A DNA stretch of 64,000 nt from Xanthobacteraceae bacterium (lineage in GTDB: Bacteria; Pseudomonadota; Alphaproteobacteria; Rhizobiales; Xanthobacteraceae): assembly GCA_050725855.1 (NCBI GenBank), contig JBOHIU010000214.1, forward strand, positions 32,838-96,837, given 5' to 3'. This document shows, in pieces, positions 45,672-55,307 of the stretch. The position numbers and the translations under genes are program-made. Every line of letters begins with the position of its first letter. Positions within the stretch are counted from its first letter, which is position 1. The notes below the pieces were generated by a model. The model did not search any database and had not been told where the DNA came from. It saw only the letters and a program-made list of their open reading frames with translations.

Positions 45672-48600
45672 ATGCAAGATGAGTCTCGTATTGACGATGA
45701 GGCCGCTGGCCGGTCCCTGATCGATGCCGCGGTCGCGGTGATTGCACGCCGCAATCTGGGTGTTCCGGCAGAGTTTCTGGCTGAGCTTTTTGGCCGGGCA
45801 CTGCCCGAGGACCTGCAACGTTATAATCCCGATGGGTTGGCGGAGATCGCCGCGAGTTCTTGGACCTTTTTTGCTCATCGGGCTCCGGGCGCGCCAAAGA
45901 TTTTCCTATCGCCTCCGCCTCCGAGCCGTGGCGTGACCATTCTCGATATCGTCAACGATGACATGCCGTTTCTGGTCGACTCCGTCGCCGGCGAACTGCA
46001 CGAACGCGCGCTCGAGATCTCGCTCCTGGTGCATCCGATGTTCTCGGTCCAGCGCGACAGCGGCGGAAACCTCGTTCGTTTCGCGGCGGTGGAGCAGAAT
46101 GACGGCCAACGCGAGAGCTTCATTCACATCCATATCGGCGGCTTGCAGGACGCGGCTGAGCGCGCGGACCTTGTTCGCGCGCTCGAAGATATTCTCGCCG
46201 AGGTGCGCGTCAGTGTGCAGGACTGGGAGCCGATGCTGGCGCGGGCGCGTGAGGTCATCGCGGATTTGCGTCAGAATCCGCCGCCGCTGCCGGCCGAGGA
46301 TATCGCCGAAGCGGTGCAGTTCCTCGAATGGCTGACCAACGACAACTTCACTCTGCTGGGTGCCCGCGACTACGCCTACACGGACAGTGAGCACCCGCTG
46401 CAGCCTGTTTTTGCGACCGGCCTCGGGCTGTTGCGCTCGCGCGACATGCGGCTTCTAAAGCGCGGCGACCAGCTCCTGACCATGACGCCCGAAATCCGCG
46501 AGTTTCTCAACGAGCCGCGGCTGCTCATCCTTGCCAAGACGGCGGTGCGCTCGCGCGTCCATCGGCGCGTCTATCTGGATTACGTCGGCATCAAGCGCTT
46601 CGACGCCGATGGCAGGCTTGTCGCTGAACGTCGGTTTTGCGGCCTATTCACCTCGACCGCCTACACGCGCTCGACTCGCGCCATTCCGTATCTGCGGCGC
46701 AAGGTCGATGGCGTGATCCGGCGCGCCGGATTTGCGCCCAACAGTCACTCCGGCAAGGCTCTGGTCAACGTGCTGGAGACCTATCCGCGCGACGAGTTGT
46801 TTCAGATCGACGAGGACACGCTCTATCAGTTCGCGCTTGCCATCTTGCAGCTCGATCAACGTCCGCGCGTGCGCGTGCTGCCGCGGCCGGACCGCTTCGG
46901 CCGTTTTGTGTCGGTTCTGGTCTACGTTCCGCGCGATCGTTACGACAGCGAGATCAGGGCGAAAATCGGCGCGTATCTCGCCGAGGTCTTCAAAGGCCGG
47001 CTGCGCGCCTTTTATCCGTTTTTCCCCGAAGGGCCGCTGGTGCGCGTCTATTTCATCATCGGGCGCTACGAGGGCGAAACGCCGAGTCCCGATCGCCACA
47101 TGGTCGAGCGTGCCGTCGAAGAGATCGTGCGCAACTGGGTGGATCGGCTCTATGACTCGCTTGGCGCCGGGGCCGACCCGGCGAAGAGCCGGATGCTGTT
47201 CGCCCGCTATCGTGAAGCATTCCCGGTCGATTACCGCGAGGTCTACCCACCCTCGGCGGCCGTCGTCGACCTTGGGGTGATCGAGGCGTTGACGCCGAAG
47301 CGTTCGCTTGGCGTCACGTTCTATCGCGAGTCCGATAAGGAACCAAGCCGCGCGGGACTGAAAGTCCTCAGTCACGAGAGACCCATCCCGCTGTCGGTAC
47401 GGGTGCCGGTGCTGGAAGACATGGGTTTTCGCGTCGTCGATGAACGCACCTACCACATTCGACCGCAGGACGGCGCTGACGTCTGGTTCCATGACATGGT
47501 GCTCGAAAGCGCGTCAGGTCGGGACTTCGATCTCGCGGTGCTCAAAGGCCGGCTGGAAGCGTGCTTTCTCGTCGTCATGGGCAAAAGGGCGGAGAGCGAC
47601 GGCTACAACGCTCTTGTGCTCGCGATCGGGATGATGTGGCGCGACGTGGCGCTGATCCGCGCCATATCCCGTTTCCTGCGCCAGATTCGAGTTCCCTATT
47701 CGCAAGATTATATGTGGGCCACGCTGCGCAAACACGCCGGCATCGCCGGCCAAATCGTGGCTCTGTTTCACGTCCGGTTCGATCCGCATCTCGGAGTTTC
47801 GGACAACGAACGGCGCGCGCACGAGTCCGCGATTGTATCTGCGATCGAGCAGGCTTTGCAGGCAGTCGACAGTCTGGATGAGGATCGCATTCTTCGCCAC
47901 TTCGTCAATGCCGTGGAAGCTGCCGTCCGCACCAATTTCTATCAGCTCGACGGCAACGGCGGCGTGAAGGACCTTATCGCCATTAAGTTTGCGAGCCGCA
48001 AAGTCGACGGAGTCCCATTGCCGCGGCCGCTTTATGAAATCTTTGTCTATTCGCCGCGAGTCGAGGCCGTGCATATGCGCTTCGGCAAGGTGGCGCGCGG
48101 CGGCATTCGTTGGTCCGACCGGCCGCAGGATTTCCGCACCGAGATTCTCGGCTTGGCCAAGGCGCAGAACGTCAAGAATGCCGTGATTGTGCCGGTCGGC
48201 GCCAAGGGCGGTTTCGTGCCGAAGTATCTGCCGATCGGGGGGCCGCGCGAGTCGATCCAGGCCGAAGGCATCGCTACCTACAAAATGTTTATCTCGACGT
48301 TGCTGGACGTTACCGACAACATCGGGACGGGAACGGCCGGCGTGATCCCGCCGTCCGACGTCGTGCGCCACGACGGCGACGATCCCTATCTCGTAGTTGC
48401 CGCCGATAAGGGCACCGCGACCTTTTCCGATATCGCCAATGAGCTTGCCATCGCGCACGATTATTGGCTCGGCGACGCCTTCGCGTCAGGCGGTTCGGCG
48501 GGGTACGACCACAAGAAAATCGGCATCACCGCGCGCGGCGCATGGGAATCGGTCAAACGCCATTTCCGCGAAATGGACGTCAATATTCACGCGATTCCGT

Positions 48601-50483
48601 TCACGGCGGCCGGCGTTGGCGACATGTCGGGTGACGTGTTCGGCAATGGCATGTTGCGTGGGAAGACCATCAAGCTTGTCGCCGCTTTCGACCATCGCGA
48701 CATCTTCATCGACCCGAATCCCGATCCAGAGCGCACATTCGGCGAACGGCGGCGGCTGTTCGATCTGCCGCGATCGAGCTGGCAGGATTTCGACAAGACC
48801 TTGATTTCCGAAGGAGGCGGCGTCTATCCGCGCAACGCCAAGGAAGTCCATCTGTCCGCGCAGGCGCAAACATTGTTCGGCGTCGGAGAGCGCCTCACCG
48901 CGCAGGAGCTTATTCGCGCCATCCTCAAAGCCCCGGTTGACCTCCTGTTCTTCGGCGGCATCGGCACCTATGTGCGCGCCGCCGACGAGACCGACGAGTC
49001 GGTCGGAGACCGCGGCAACGATGCCGTCCGCGTCGCAGCGAAGGATTTGCGTTGCAAGGTGATCGGCGAAGGCGCCAACCTTGGCATGACGCAACGCGGG
49101 CGCATCGAGGCGGCTTTCCACGGCCTTCGTCTCAATACTGATGCGATCGACAACTCGGCCGGCGTGAACACCTCCGACCTGGAGGTCAATATCAAGATCG
49201 CGCTGTCGATTCCGCTGCGCGATGGCCGTCTCGCCATGGCGGGCCGCAACGCGCTTCTCGCCGCGATGACGGATGACGTCGCGAACCTGGTGTTGCGCAA
49301 CAATTATCTGCAGACGCTGGCTCTGTCGCTGTCGGAGCGGCGCGGGATGGAGGATTTCGGATTTCTGCAGCGATTGATGCAAACGCTGGAAGCGCATCGC
49401 TTGCTCGACCGCGCGGTGGAGTATCTGCCGGACGATATTGTATTGACCGAGCGCCGCCGCCGTTCGCTTCCCTTCACGCGCCCCGAGCTGTCGGTACTGC
49501 TCGCCTACGCCAAGCTGTCACTTTACGACGACCTTTTGGAATCGCCGGTTCCGGACGATCCGTATCTGGCGCGCGAAATGGCGCGTTATTTTCCCAAGCC
49601 GACCGCCGAGCGTTTTCCGGATGCTCTCGATCACCACAGGCTGCGCCGCGAAATTGTTGCCACCCAGCTCGGCAACTCGATGATCAATCGCGGCGGTCCT
49701 TCGTTGGTCGTGCGCATCGCCGACCAGACCGGTGCCAAGCCTGCAGCCATTGCGTTGGCGTTCATCGTCGTGCGGGACACCTACGGGATGACCGCGCTCA
49801 ATGCCGCCATCGACGAACTCGACAACCGTGTCGCCGGCAAGGTTCAGCTCGATCTTTACGCCTCGGTGCAGGATCTTCTGCTCGACCGCATTGTTTGGTT
49901 TTTGCGCAATGTCGATCTTTCCAAGGGTCTTGCGGACGTGGTCAGCCATTACCGCGATGGGATCGCAACGATCGCGGCGTGTCTCGACAATACCCTTTCA
50001 GAGGATGGATTGCGTATACGCGCGGCGCGCAGGAGGGATATTGCTGGCCGTGGAGTTCCCGACGCGCTTGCCGGCCGCATCGCCGATATCGGGGCGCTCA
50101 GGGCCGCGCCGGACATCGTTCTCGTCTCCGATCGAACCAGCAAGCCAGTAAGCGACGTCGCGGCAATCTTTTTCGCCGCGGCGGCATTCTTCCGTCTCGA
50201 TCGCATTGTCGGGGCTGCTGCCACCATTCCGGTTAGCGATTACTTCGACCGGCTGGCACTCGATCGTGCGCGGGATGCCATTGGCGACGCCGAGCGGCGC
50301 ATCGCCGTTGCGATTGTTGGAACTGGCGCGGTTGGCGACAAGGCTGTTGAGGCTTGGGCAACGCCGCGCAAAGCGGAAGTGGAACGCATCCGTGGCGCGG
50401 TTGCCGAGATTGCGACCTCGGGGTTGACGCTTTCGAAGCTCACGGTGGCCGCCAGTTTGCTTGGTGACCTGGCAAAAAACTGA
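45672..50483 (+). CDS. gdhB: large NAD-specific glutamate dehydrogenase (about 1600-aa class)
   Basis: Start at internal ATG 45672 (MQDESRIDDE), 1603 aa. Catalytic core VHMRFGKVARGGIRWSDRPQDFRTEILGLAKAQNVKNAVIVPVGAKGGF. Confidence 0.92.
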   Translation: MQDESRIDDEAAGRSLIDAAVAVIARRNLGVPAEFLAELFGRALPEDLQRYNPDGLAEIAASSWTFFAHRAPGAPKIFLSPPPPSRGVTILDIVNDDMPFLVDSVAGELHERALEISLLVHPMFSVQRDSGGNLVRFAAVEQNDGQRESFIHIHIGGLQDAAERADLVRALEDILAEVRVSVQDWEPMLARAREVIADLRQNPPPLPAEDIAEAVQFLEWLTNDNFTLLGARDYAYTDSEHPLQPVFATGLGLLRSRDMRLLKRGDQLLTMTPEIREFLNEPRLLILAKTAVRSRVHRRVYLDYVGIKRFDADGRLVAERRFCGLFTSTAYTRSTRAIPYLRRKVDGVIRRAGFAPNSHSGKALVNVLETYPRDELFQIDEDTLYQFALAILQLDQRPRVRVLPRPDRFGRFVSVLVYVPRDRYDSEIRAKIGAYLAEVFKGRLRAFYPFFPEGPLVRVYFIIGRYEGETPSPDRHMVERAVEEIVRNWVDRLYDSLGAGADPAKSRMLFARYREAFPVDYREVYPPSAAVVDLGVIEALTPKRSLGVTFYRESDKEPSRAGLKVLSHERPIPLSVRVPVLEDMGFRVVDERTYHIRPQDGADVWFHDMVLESASGRDFDLAVLKGRLEACFLVVMGKRAESDGYNALVLAIGMMWRDVALIRAISRFLRQIRVPYSQDYMWATLRKHAGIAGQIVALFHVRFDPHLGVSDNERRAHESAIVSAIEQALQAVDSLDEDRILRHFVNAVEAAVRTNFYQLDGNGGVKDLIAIKFASRKVDGVPLPRPLYEIFVYSPRVEAVHMRFGKVARGGIRWSDRPQDFRTEILGLAKAQNVKNAVIVPVGAKGGFVPKYLPIGGPRESIQAEGIATYKMFISTLLDVTDNIGTGTAGVIPPSDVVRHDGDDPYLVVAADKGTATFSDIANELAIAHDYWLGDAFASGGSAGYDHKKIGITARGAWESVKRHFREMDVNIHAIPFTAAGVGDMSGDVFGNGMLRGKTIKLVAAFDHRDIFIDPNPDPERTFGERRRLFDLPRSSWQDFDKTLISEGGGVYPRNAKEVHLSAQAQTLFGVGERLTAQELIRAILKAPVDLLFFGGIGTYVRAADETDESVGDRGNDAVRVAAKDLRCKVIGEGANLGMTQRGRIEAAFHGLRLNTDAIDNSAGVNTSDLEVNIKIALSIPLRDGRLAMAGRNALLAAMTDDVANLVLRNNYLQTLALSLSERRGMEDFGFLQRLMQTLEAHRLLDRAVEYLPDDIVLTERRRRSLPFTRPELSVLLAYAKLSLYDDLLESPVPDDPYLAREMARYFPKPTAERFPDALDHHRLRREIVATQLGNSMINRGGPSLVVRIADQTGAKPAAIALAFIVVRDTYGMTALNAAIDELDNRVAGKVQLDLYASVQDLLLDRIVWFLRNVDLSKGLADVVSHYRDGIATIAACLDNTLSEDGLRIRAARRRDIAGRGVPDALAGRIADIGALRAAPDIVLVSDRTSKPVSDVAAIFFAAAAFFRLDRIVGAAATIPVSDYFDRLALDRARDAIGDAERRIAVAIVGTGAVGDKAVEAWATPRKAEVERIRGAVAEIATSGLTLSKLTVAASLLGDLAKN

Positions 50484-50522
50484 GCCTGGTCAGTCAGTTC
50501 CGCGATTATCACAGAGCCGCCA

Positions 50523-50561
50523 CAAAAAAGAACCCCAAGCAGGGTACGCGCTTGGGGTTCT
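50523..50561 (-). terminator. intrinsic terminator (11-bp GC-rich stem plus U6) on the minus strand
   Basis: Minus strand reads GAACCCCAAGC-gcgtaccct-GCTTGGGGTTC-TTTTTTG. Confidence 0.8.
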
Positions 50562-50642
50562 CCGAGTCGTTGCCTCAACTTAGGCTTATGGGGCCGGACG
50601 GCGGGGTGTCGGGGGATGGGGGAGCCGCCCGGCCGGCCTAAT
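50523..50642 (-). ncRNA. candidate small RNA, or alternatively the long 3' UTR of the M48 gene, ending at the intrinsic terminator
   Basis: Sigma70-like TTGCAT (50676..50671), 16-nt spacer, TACTTT (50654..50649). A 5' hairpin GGCCGGCCGGGCGG/CCCCGCCGUCCGGCC presents a CUCCCCCAUCCCCC loop. Followed by the terminator. Confidence 0.25.
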
Positions 50643-50780
50643 GAGCGCAAAGTAAGCGCATGATACGCAGATGCAATGCGGATCACGCGTTAGTGTTATC
50701 GGCTGCGTCAAACCGCCCGAATTTCCGGGCCAAGTTCCAGCTCTTTTCAAGTCCCGCCGGAAGCCTCTCGCTCACCGCAA

Positions 50781-51641
50781 CTAATCTGTTTCCCGCCTGG
50801 ATTCTGGCAAGCCGTAGCGGTGCAAATCCGTACCGTGGACGTCGAGCCAGGCTTTGGCACGTTCGTGATCGGGGCAGATCCGCTGCACCAGACGCCAGAA
50901 ACGCGGCGAATGGTTCATCTCGATGAGGTGCGCAACTTCGTGCGCCGCCAGATATTCGAGTACGGCGCTTGGCGCGAGAATAAGCCGCCATGAGAATGAC
51001 AGCACGCCACTCGTCGAACACGATCCCCAGCGGCTTGATTGATCGCGCACGGAGACGCGTTTGACGCGCACGCCTAGCGCACCGGCGTAGCGTAGGCTCG
51101 CGGCCTCCAAATCGCGATTGGCTTCACGTCGCAAGAAGTCGCTGACGCGCCGGTCGACGTGCGGAGCTTTGCCAGCCACGCAGAGCAGATGAGCGCCATC
51201 GTCGCGTGATTCCGTCCACACAGTACCGCGAACTCCGGGACAATGAGCGATCCGATGCGGGATGCCGCGGAGCGGCACGATGATCCCGTCGGCGAAGGGC
51301 GCAGCCTTCGGCAATCGGTCGAACCGCGCCGCGATCCAGCCGCCGTGCTTTTGTGCAAAGTCGCGTGCCTCCTTGAGCGTGCCGCGCGGCGGAATCGTGA
51401 GCACGACTTCGCGCGTTGCCGACTGAATGCGCAGCGTATAGCGGCGGGCCTGCCGATGGCGGCGTACGCGGACGAGATAGATCGACCGGTCGAAGACGAT
51501 CTCGATCGCCTGCGGTTCACTCGGACGGCGATAGAGCAGCGCGCGCTGCGGCATGACGGACAATCCCGAACCAACCCTGGGGGAATAGTGCCACATCCAG
51601 CGGTCTGCGTAGTCCCCTTCAGCAGTCGTGTCGGCTGCCAC
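50781..51641 (-). CDS. M48-family (YgjP/DUF45) zinc metallohydrolase
   Basis: HEVAHLIEMNHSPRFW HExxH motif. N-terminal boundary uncertain. Confidence 0.85.
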   Translation of the reverse strand: MAADTTAEGDYADRWMWHYSPRVGSGLSVMPQRALLYRRPSEPQAIEIVFDRSIYLVRVRRHRQARRYTLRIQSATREVVLTIPPRGTLKEARDFAQKHGGWIAARFDRLPKAAPFADGIIVPLRGIPHRIAHCPGVRGTVWTESRDDGAHLLCVAGKAPHVDRRVSDFLRREANRDLEAASLRYAGALGVRVKRVSVRDQSSRWGSCSTSGVLSFSWRLILAPSAVLEYLAAHEVAHLIEMNHSPRFWRLVQRICPDHERAKAWLDVHGTDLHRYGLPESRRETD

Positions 51642-51876
51642 AAGATGTTGGGGCTATCGCGTCAATCGCCGCCAAAATGATGGAAACAACGGAGCGAATG
51701 TTAGTTCAGTTCTTTGACCGTCCCACGCCGAGCAAATTGACTCCTGATGATTCCGAGATTCTTGCTGTTATTCAGGCCCTTAGCCCAGCAGCAACGCAGG
51801 GATGGTGGTTTTCGCGCGGCAAATCGCGGGTTTTCTCGGATTCTCGGGTGGCGACGGCTCGACCCGGCGGCCTGGG

Positions 51877-53241
51877 TCAGGCGTGGAGCCTGCCGCCGTT
51901 GTGTGCGCGGTGCCTCGCGAGCCCTGTTTGCGTCGCGCGGCTCGTGTGGTTCATCGACAGTACGAAATCGGAAATGCGTGGCGCGATCTCCGCGCGAAAG
52001 CGTGAGCCGTTGAACACCCCGTAGTGACCGACGCCCGGCTGCAGCCAGTGCGCCTGTCGATCCGCTGGAATATTCACGCACAGCCGATGCGCCGCCTCGG
52101 TCTGGCCCACACCGGAAATGTCATCGTGCTCGCCTTCGACTGTAAGCAGTCCGACCCGCTTGATTTTGGCCGGATCAATCGGGCGCCCACGATGGGTCAT
52201 CTCGCCCCTGGGCAGATCATGCCGCACGAATACCGTCTCGACGGTCTGCAGATAGTATTCCGCGGCGAGATCCATGACTGCCAGATATTCGTCGTAAAAT
52301 TCCTTATGCTTGTGCGCCGAATCGCCGTCGCCGCGCACGAGATGCATGAATAATTGCTTGTGCGCCTCGATGTGGCGGTCGAGATTCATGCTCACGAAGC
52401 CGTTGAGCTGCAAGAATCCTGGATAGACGTCGCGCATGAAGCCGGGGTTGGGGAACGGCACCTTGGTGATCACATGCCGGTGGAACCACTCGGTCCCACG
52501 TTTTTCGGCAAGGTCGTTCACGACAGTCGGGTTGATGCGAGTATCGATCGGGCCGCCCATTAGCACCATGGAAACCGGAACATCGGGATCGCCATCGGCT
52601 TCCATGAGCGCGACCGCGGCGATCACCGGTACCGAGGGTTGGCACACCGCGACGACATGCGTGTCACCGCCGAGCGTATGCAGGATGGAGATCACATAAT
52701 CGATGTAATCGTCGAGGTCGAAGCCGCCCTCCGAAAGCGGTACCGTGCGGGCGTCGACCCAGTCGGTAACGTAAACATCATGGTTTGGCAGGAAGGCCTC
52801 GACGGTGCCGCGCAACAGTGTCGCGTAATGGCCCGACATCGGCGCCACGATCAGGAGTTGCGGCTGCGGACGCTGCGGCTTGTGTGCGAACATCCGTTCA
52901 AAACGCATAAGCCGGCAGAACGGCCGCTCCCACACCATCTTCAACTGCACCGGCACGCGCTCGCCGCCGACCAGCGTTGAGGCGATGCGCCACTCTGGGC
53001 GGCTGTAGCGACGGGTCGAGCGTTCGAATAGTTCGCAGGCGGCGGCGACCGTCTTGCCGTAGGTGGTGAACGAAAGCGGATTGACGGGATTCCTGAAGAA
53101 CAAACGAGTGGCGTCAGCCCAGGCGCGTGAGGGATTAAGCGCCGCATGGCCCATTTCATACAGCCAGTAGAGCGGCGCCGATAACAGTAGGCCATCGCCG
53201 CCGGGCGTCGCAGGCGCCCCGCCGAACTCCCCGATAGGCAT
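51877..53241 (-). CDS. phaZ: intracellular polyhydroxyalkanoate (PHB) depolymerase
   Basis: Similarity begins at LYWLYEMGHAALNPSRAWAD. Start chosen at Met48 (53241, GGGGA 7 nt upstream). The ORF track extends to 53382. Confidence 0.85.
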   Translation of the reverse strand: MPIGEFGGAPATPGGDGLLLSAPLYWLYEMGHAALNPSRAWADATRLFFRNPVNPLSFTTYGKTVAAACELFERSTRRYSRPEWRIASTLVGGERVPVQLKMVWERPFCRLMRFERMFAHKPQRPQPQLLIVAPMSGHYATLLRGTVEAFLPNHDVYVTDWVDARTVPLSEGGFDLDDYIDYVISILHTLGGDTHVVAVCQPSVPVIAAVALMEADGDPDVPVSMVLMGGPIDTRINPTVVNDLAEKRGTEWFHRHVITKVPFPNPGFMRDVYPGFLQLNGFVSMNLDRHIEAHKQLFMHLVRGDGDSAHKHKEFYDEYLAVMDLAAEYYLQTVETVFVRHDLPRGEMTHRGRPIDPAKIKRVGLLTVEGEHDDISGVGQTEAAHRLCVNIPADRQAHWLQPGVGHYGVFNGSRFRAEIAPRISDFVLSMNHTSRATQTGLARHRAHNGGRLHA

Positions 53242-53414
53242 CGATGATCCCCGCCCGGCTTGCTGCGGTGCAGCACTGTCGTGATGATCTGTCATATCAT
53301 CATCATAAAAGCAATTTCTTCCTTGATGGTTAGGTATGAGATGGAGCGGTTCCACGCCAGTCGCAGTGCACATAACCGGCATTCGGCGGTCCGGAACTCA
53401 AGGCGGGCTCAGGT

Positions 53415-54263
53415 CTATTCGCCCGTTTGCATCAGCGAGCCGTGGCGCCGCGCGCTGCGCAACAGCGCCAGGAATCCAAGGACGCCCGCGGCGAAAAGTA
53501 TCACGTTCAGCCCGAGAGCATCGAGCATGAGGTCGGGGCGGAACAGCTTTTGGATGAGCAGCTCCCGCATGCCTTCAAATACGTAGGTCGGGGGCAGCGC
53601 CCAGGCGACGGGCTGCAGCCAGACCGGCAGCGTCGACACGGGGTAATAGACGCAGGTCAAGGGCATGAACAGGAACATGATCGACCAGGCGAAATTCTCG
53701 GCACCCATGCCGTTGCGCAGGATGAGGCCCGAGACAAAGATGCCGATCGCCCACGACGTCAGCATCAAATTGAAAAAGAATGCCACCAGGGCGAGACCGA
53801 GTGCGTAAAGATTGAAGCCGAAGAAGGCGATGGCGAGAAACGTCACCGGCACGAGACCGATCGACAACCGCACCAAGCTCATCACCATCAGTGCGCCGAT
53901 AAACTCGGCCGGCCGCAGCGGGCTCATCATCAAGTTGCCGAGATTGCGCGACCACATTTCCTCGAGAAACGAGATCGAATACCCTAGCTGGCCGCGGAAC
54001 AAAATGTCCCAGAGCAGTACGGCGCCGATAAACGTGCCGCCTGCGCGCGCAAAGAAGCCGGCATTATGCGAGATATAATATTGCAGAAATCCCCAGGTGA
54101 GCATCTGCACCGTGGGCCAGTATATGAGATCGAGAAGCCGCGGCCATGACGACCGCAGCAGGTACCAGTAGCGCAGCATCATCGCGGCGACACGGCGAAG
54201 GGAGAACGATCTCCCTCTCGTTTCTCTTTCGTGTGCCGGGAACGGCGACGCGAGCGCGTTCAT
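53415..54263 (-). CDS. ABC-2 type exporter permease
   Basis: 282 aa, six hydrophobic segments. 4-nt overlap with the upstream ATPase gene. Confidence 0.85.
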   Translation of the reverse strand: MNALASPFPAHERETRGRSFSLRRVAAMMLRYWYLLRSSWPRLLDLIYWPTVQMLTWGFLQYYISHNAGFFARAGGTFIGAVLLWDILFRGQLGYSISFLEEMWSRNLGNLMMSPLRPAEFIGALMVMSLVRLSIGLVPVTFLAIAFFGFNLYALGLALVAFFFNLMLTSWAIGIFVSGLILRNGMGAENFAWSIMFLFMPLTCVYYPVSTLPVWLQPVAWALPPTYVFEGMRELLIQKLFRPDLMLDALGLNVILFAAGVLGFLALLRSARRHGSLMQTGE

Positions 54264-55015
54264 TGCGCGGCCTCGCGTTCGATGCCGCCGCCGCGGGCGA
54301 CATCGAGAAACACCTCTTCGAGCGTGCGCCGGCCATAGCGCGCGAGCAATTTCCCCGGCGTGTCGTCATCTTCGATGCGGCCGCGCTTCATGATGATGAC
54401 CCGATCGCACAGCCGTTCGACCTCGGCCATGTTGTGCGATGCCAGCAGGACCGTGGCGCGGCGCTCACGGCAATAACGCGCGAGATGGCCGCGTACCCAG
54501 TCGGCGGTGTCGGGATCGAGCGAGGCCGTGGGTTCATCGAGCAAGAGCACATCCGGATTATTGATCAGCGCCTTGGCAAGCGACACGCGCGTCTTCTGGC
54601 CGGCTGAAAGCCGGCCGGTCGGCCGATCGAGAAAGTCGGTCAGATCCAGATCGCGGCCAAGCTGAGCGATGCGTTTCTTCAGATCGCCCACCCCATAAAG
54701 CATACCGAACACCGTCATGTTCTGCCGCACGGTGAGCCGCATCGGGACCTCGACATACGGGCTTTCAAAGTTCATGCGATGAAGTACGCGATAGCGCTGC
54801 TTCGGCATTTCGGCCCCGAGCACGGTCACCCGTCCCGAAGTCGGCGTCACCAGCCCCATGATCGAGGCGATCGTCGTGGTTTTGCCGGCGCCATTGCCGC
54901 CGAGAAGACCGGTGATCGAACCCGGCGCGAGGGTGAACGAGATGCCATCGACGGCCGGAACGGTCTTGTAAATTTTGACCAGCCGCTCGACGGCTATGGG
55001 AGGTGCGGCGGGCAT
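54260..55015 (-). CDS. ABC-2 type exporter ATP-binding protein
   Basis: Start at Met45 (MPAAPPIAVERLVKIYK). GGNGAGKTT, LSAGQKTRVSLAKAL, LLLDEPTASLD. The ORF-track N-terminal extension runs into repeat copy 3. Confidence 0.88.
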   Translation of the reverse strand: MPAAPPIAVERLVKIYKTVPAVDGISFTLAPGSITGLLGGNGAGKTTTIASIMGLVTPTSGRVTVLGAEMPKQRYRVLHRMNFESPYVEVPMRLTVRQNMTVFGMLYGVGDLKKRIAQLGRDLDLTDFLDRPTGRLSAGQKTRVSLAKALINNPDVLLLDEPTASLDPDTADWVRGHLARYCRERRATVLLASHNMAEVERLCDRVIIMKRGRIEDDDTPGKLLARYGRRTLEEVFLDVARGGGIEREAAQ

Positions 55016-55120
55016 GCCGGGCAGATGTGGCGCGCGCGGTCGGCAGAGGCAAGAGGCGAATGCCAGACACGACGACAGAGTGTATGGAAGAGGGCTCTGG
55101 AAGATGGCACAAGGCATCTC

Positions 55121-55281
55121 GTGTGGCGGTTCAGAAATCCGCATCATTCTTGCCGCACTCCATTATGCGGATTTCTGAACCAAAGCCACACTAAATCAAT
55201 AAGTTGCTAGTGTCCCTCGATTCCGAAGTTCGCAAACACGGGTGTCGCAGAATGATGCGAACTTCGGAATCGGGACGCTGG
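55121..55281 (+). repeat. double-hairpin intergenic element, copy 3 (subfamily 1)
   Basis: GTGTGGCGGTTCAGAAATCCGCAT..ATGCGGATTTCTGAACCAAAGCCACAC / TAAATCAATAAGTTG / CTAGTGTCCCTCGATTCCGAAGTTCGCA..TGCGAACTTCGGAATCGGGACGCTGG. Confidence 0.92.
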
Positions 55282-55307
55282 GGGATTAACCGGCCGAGTT
55301 TGGACAA

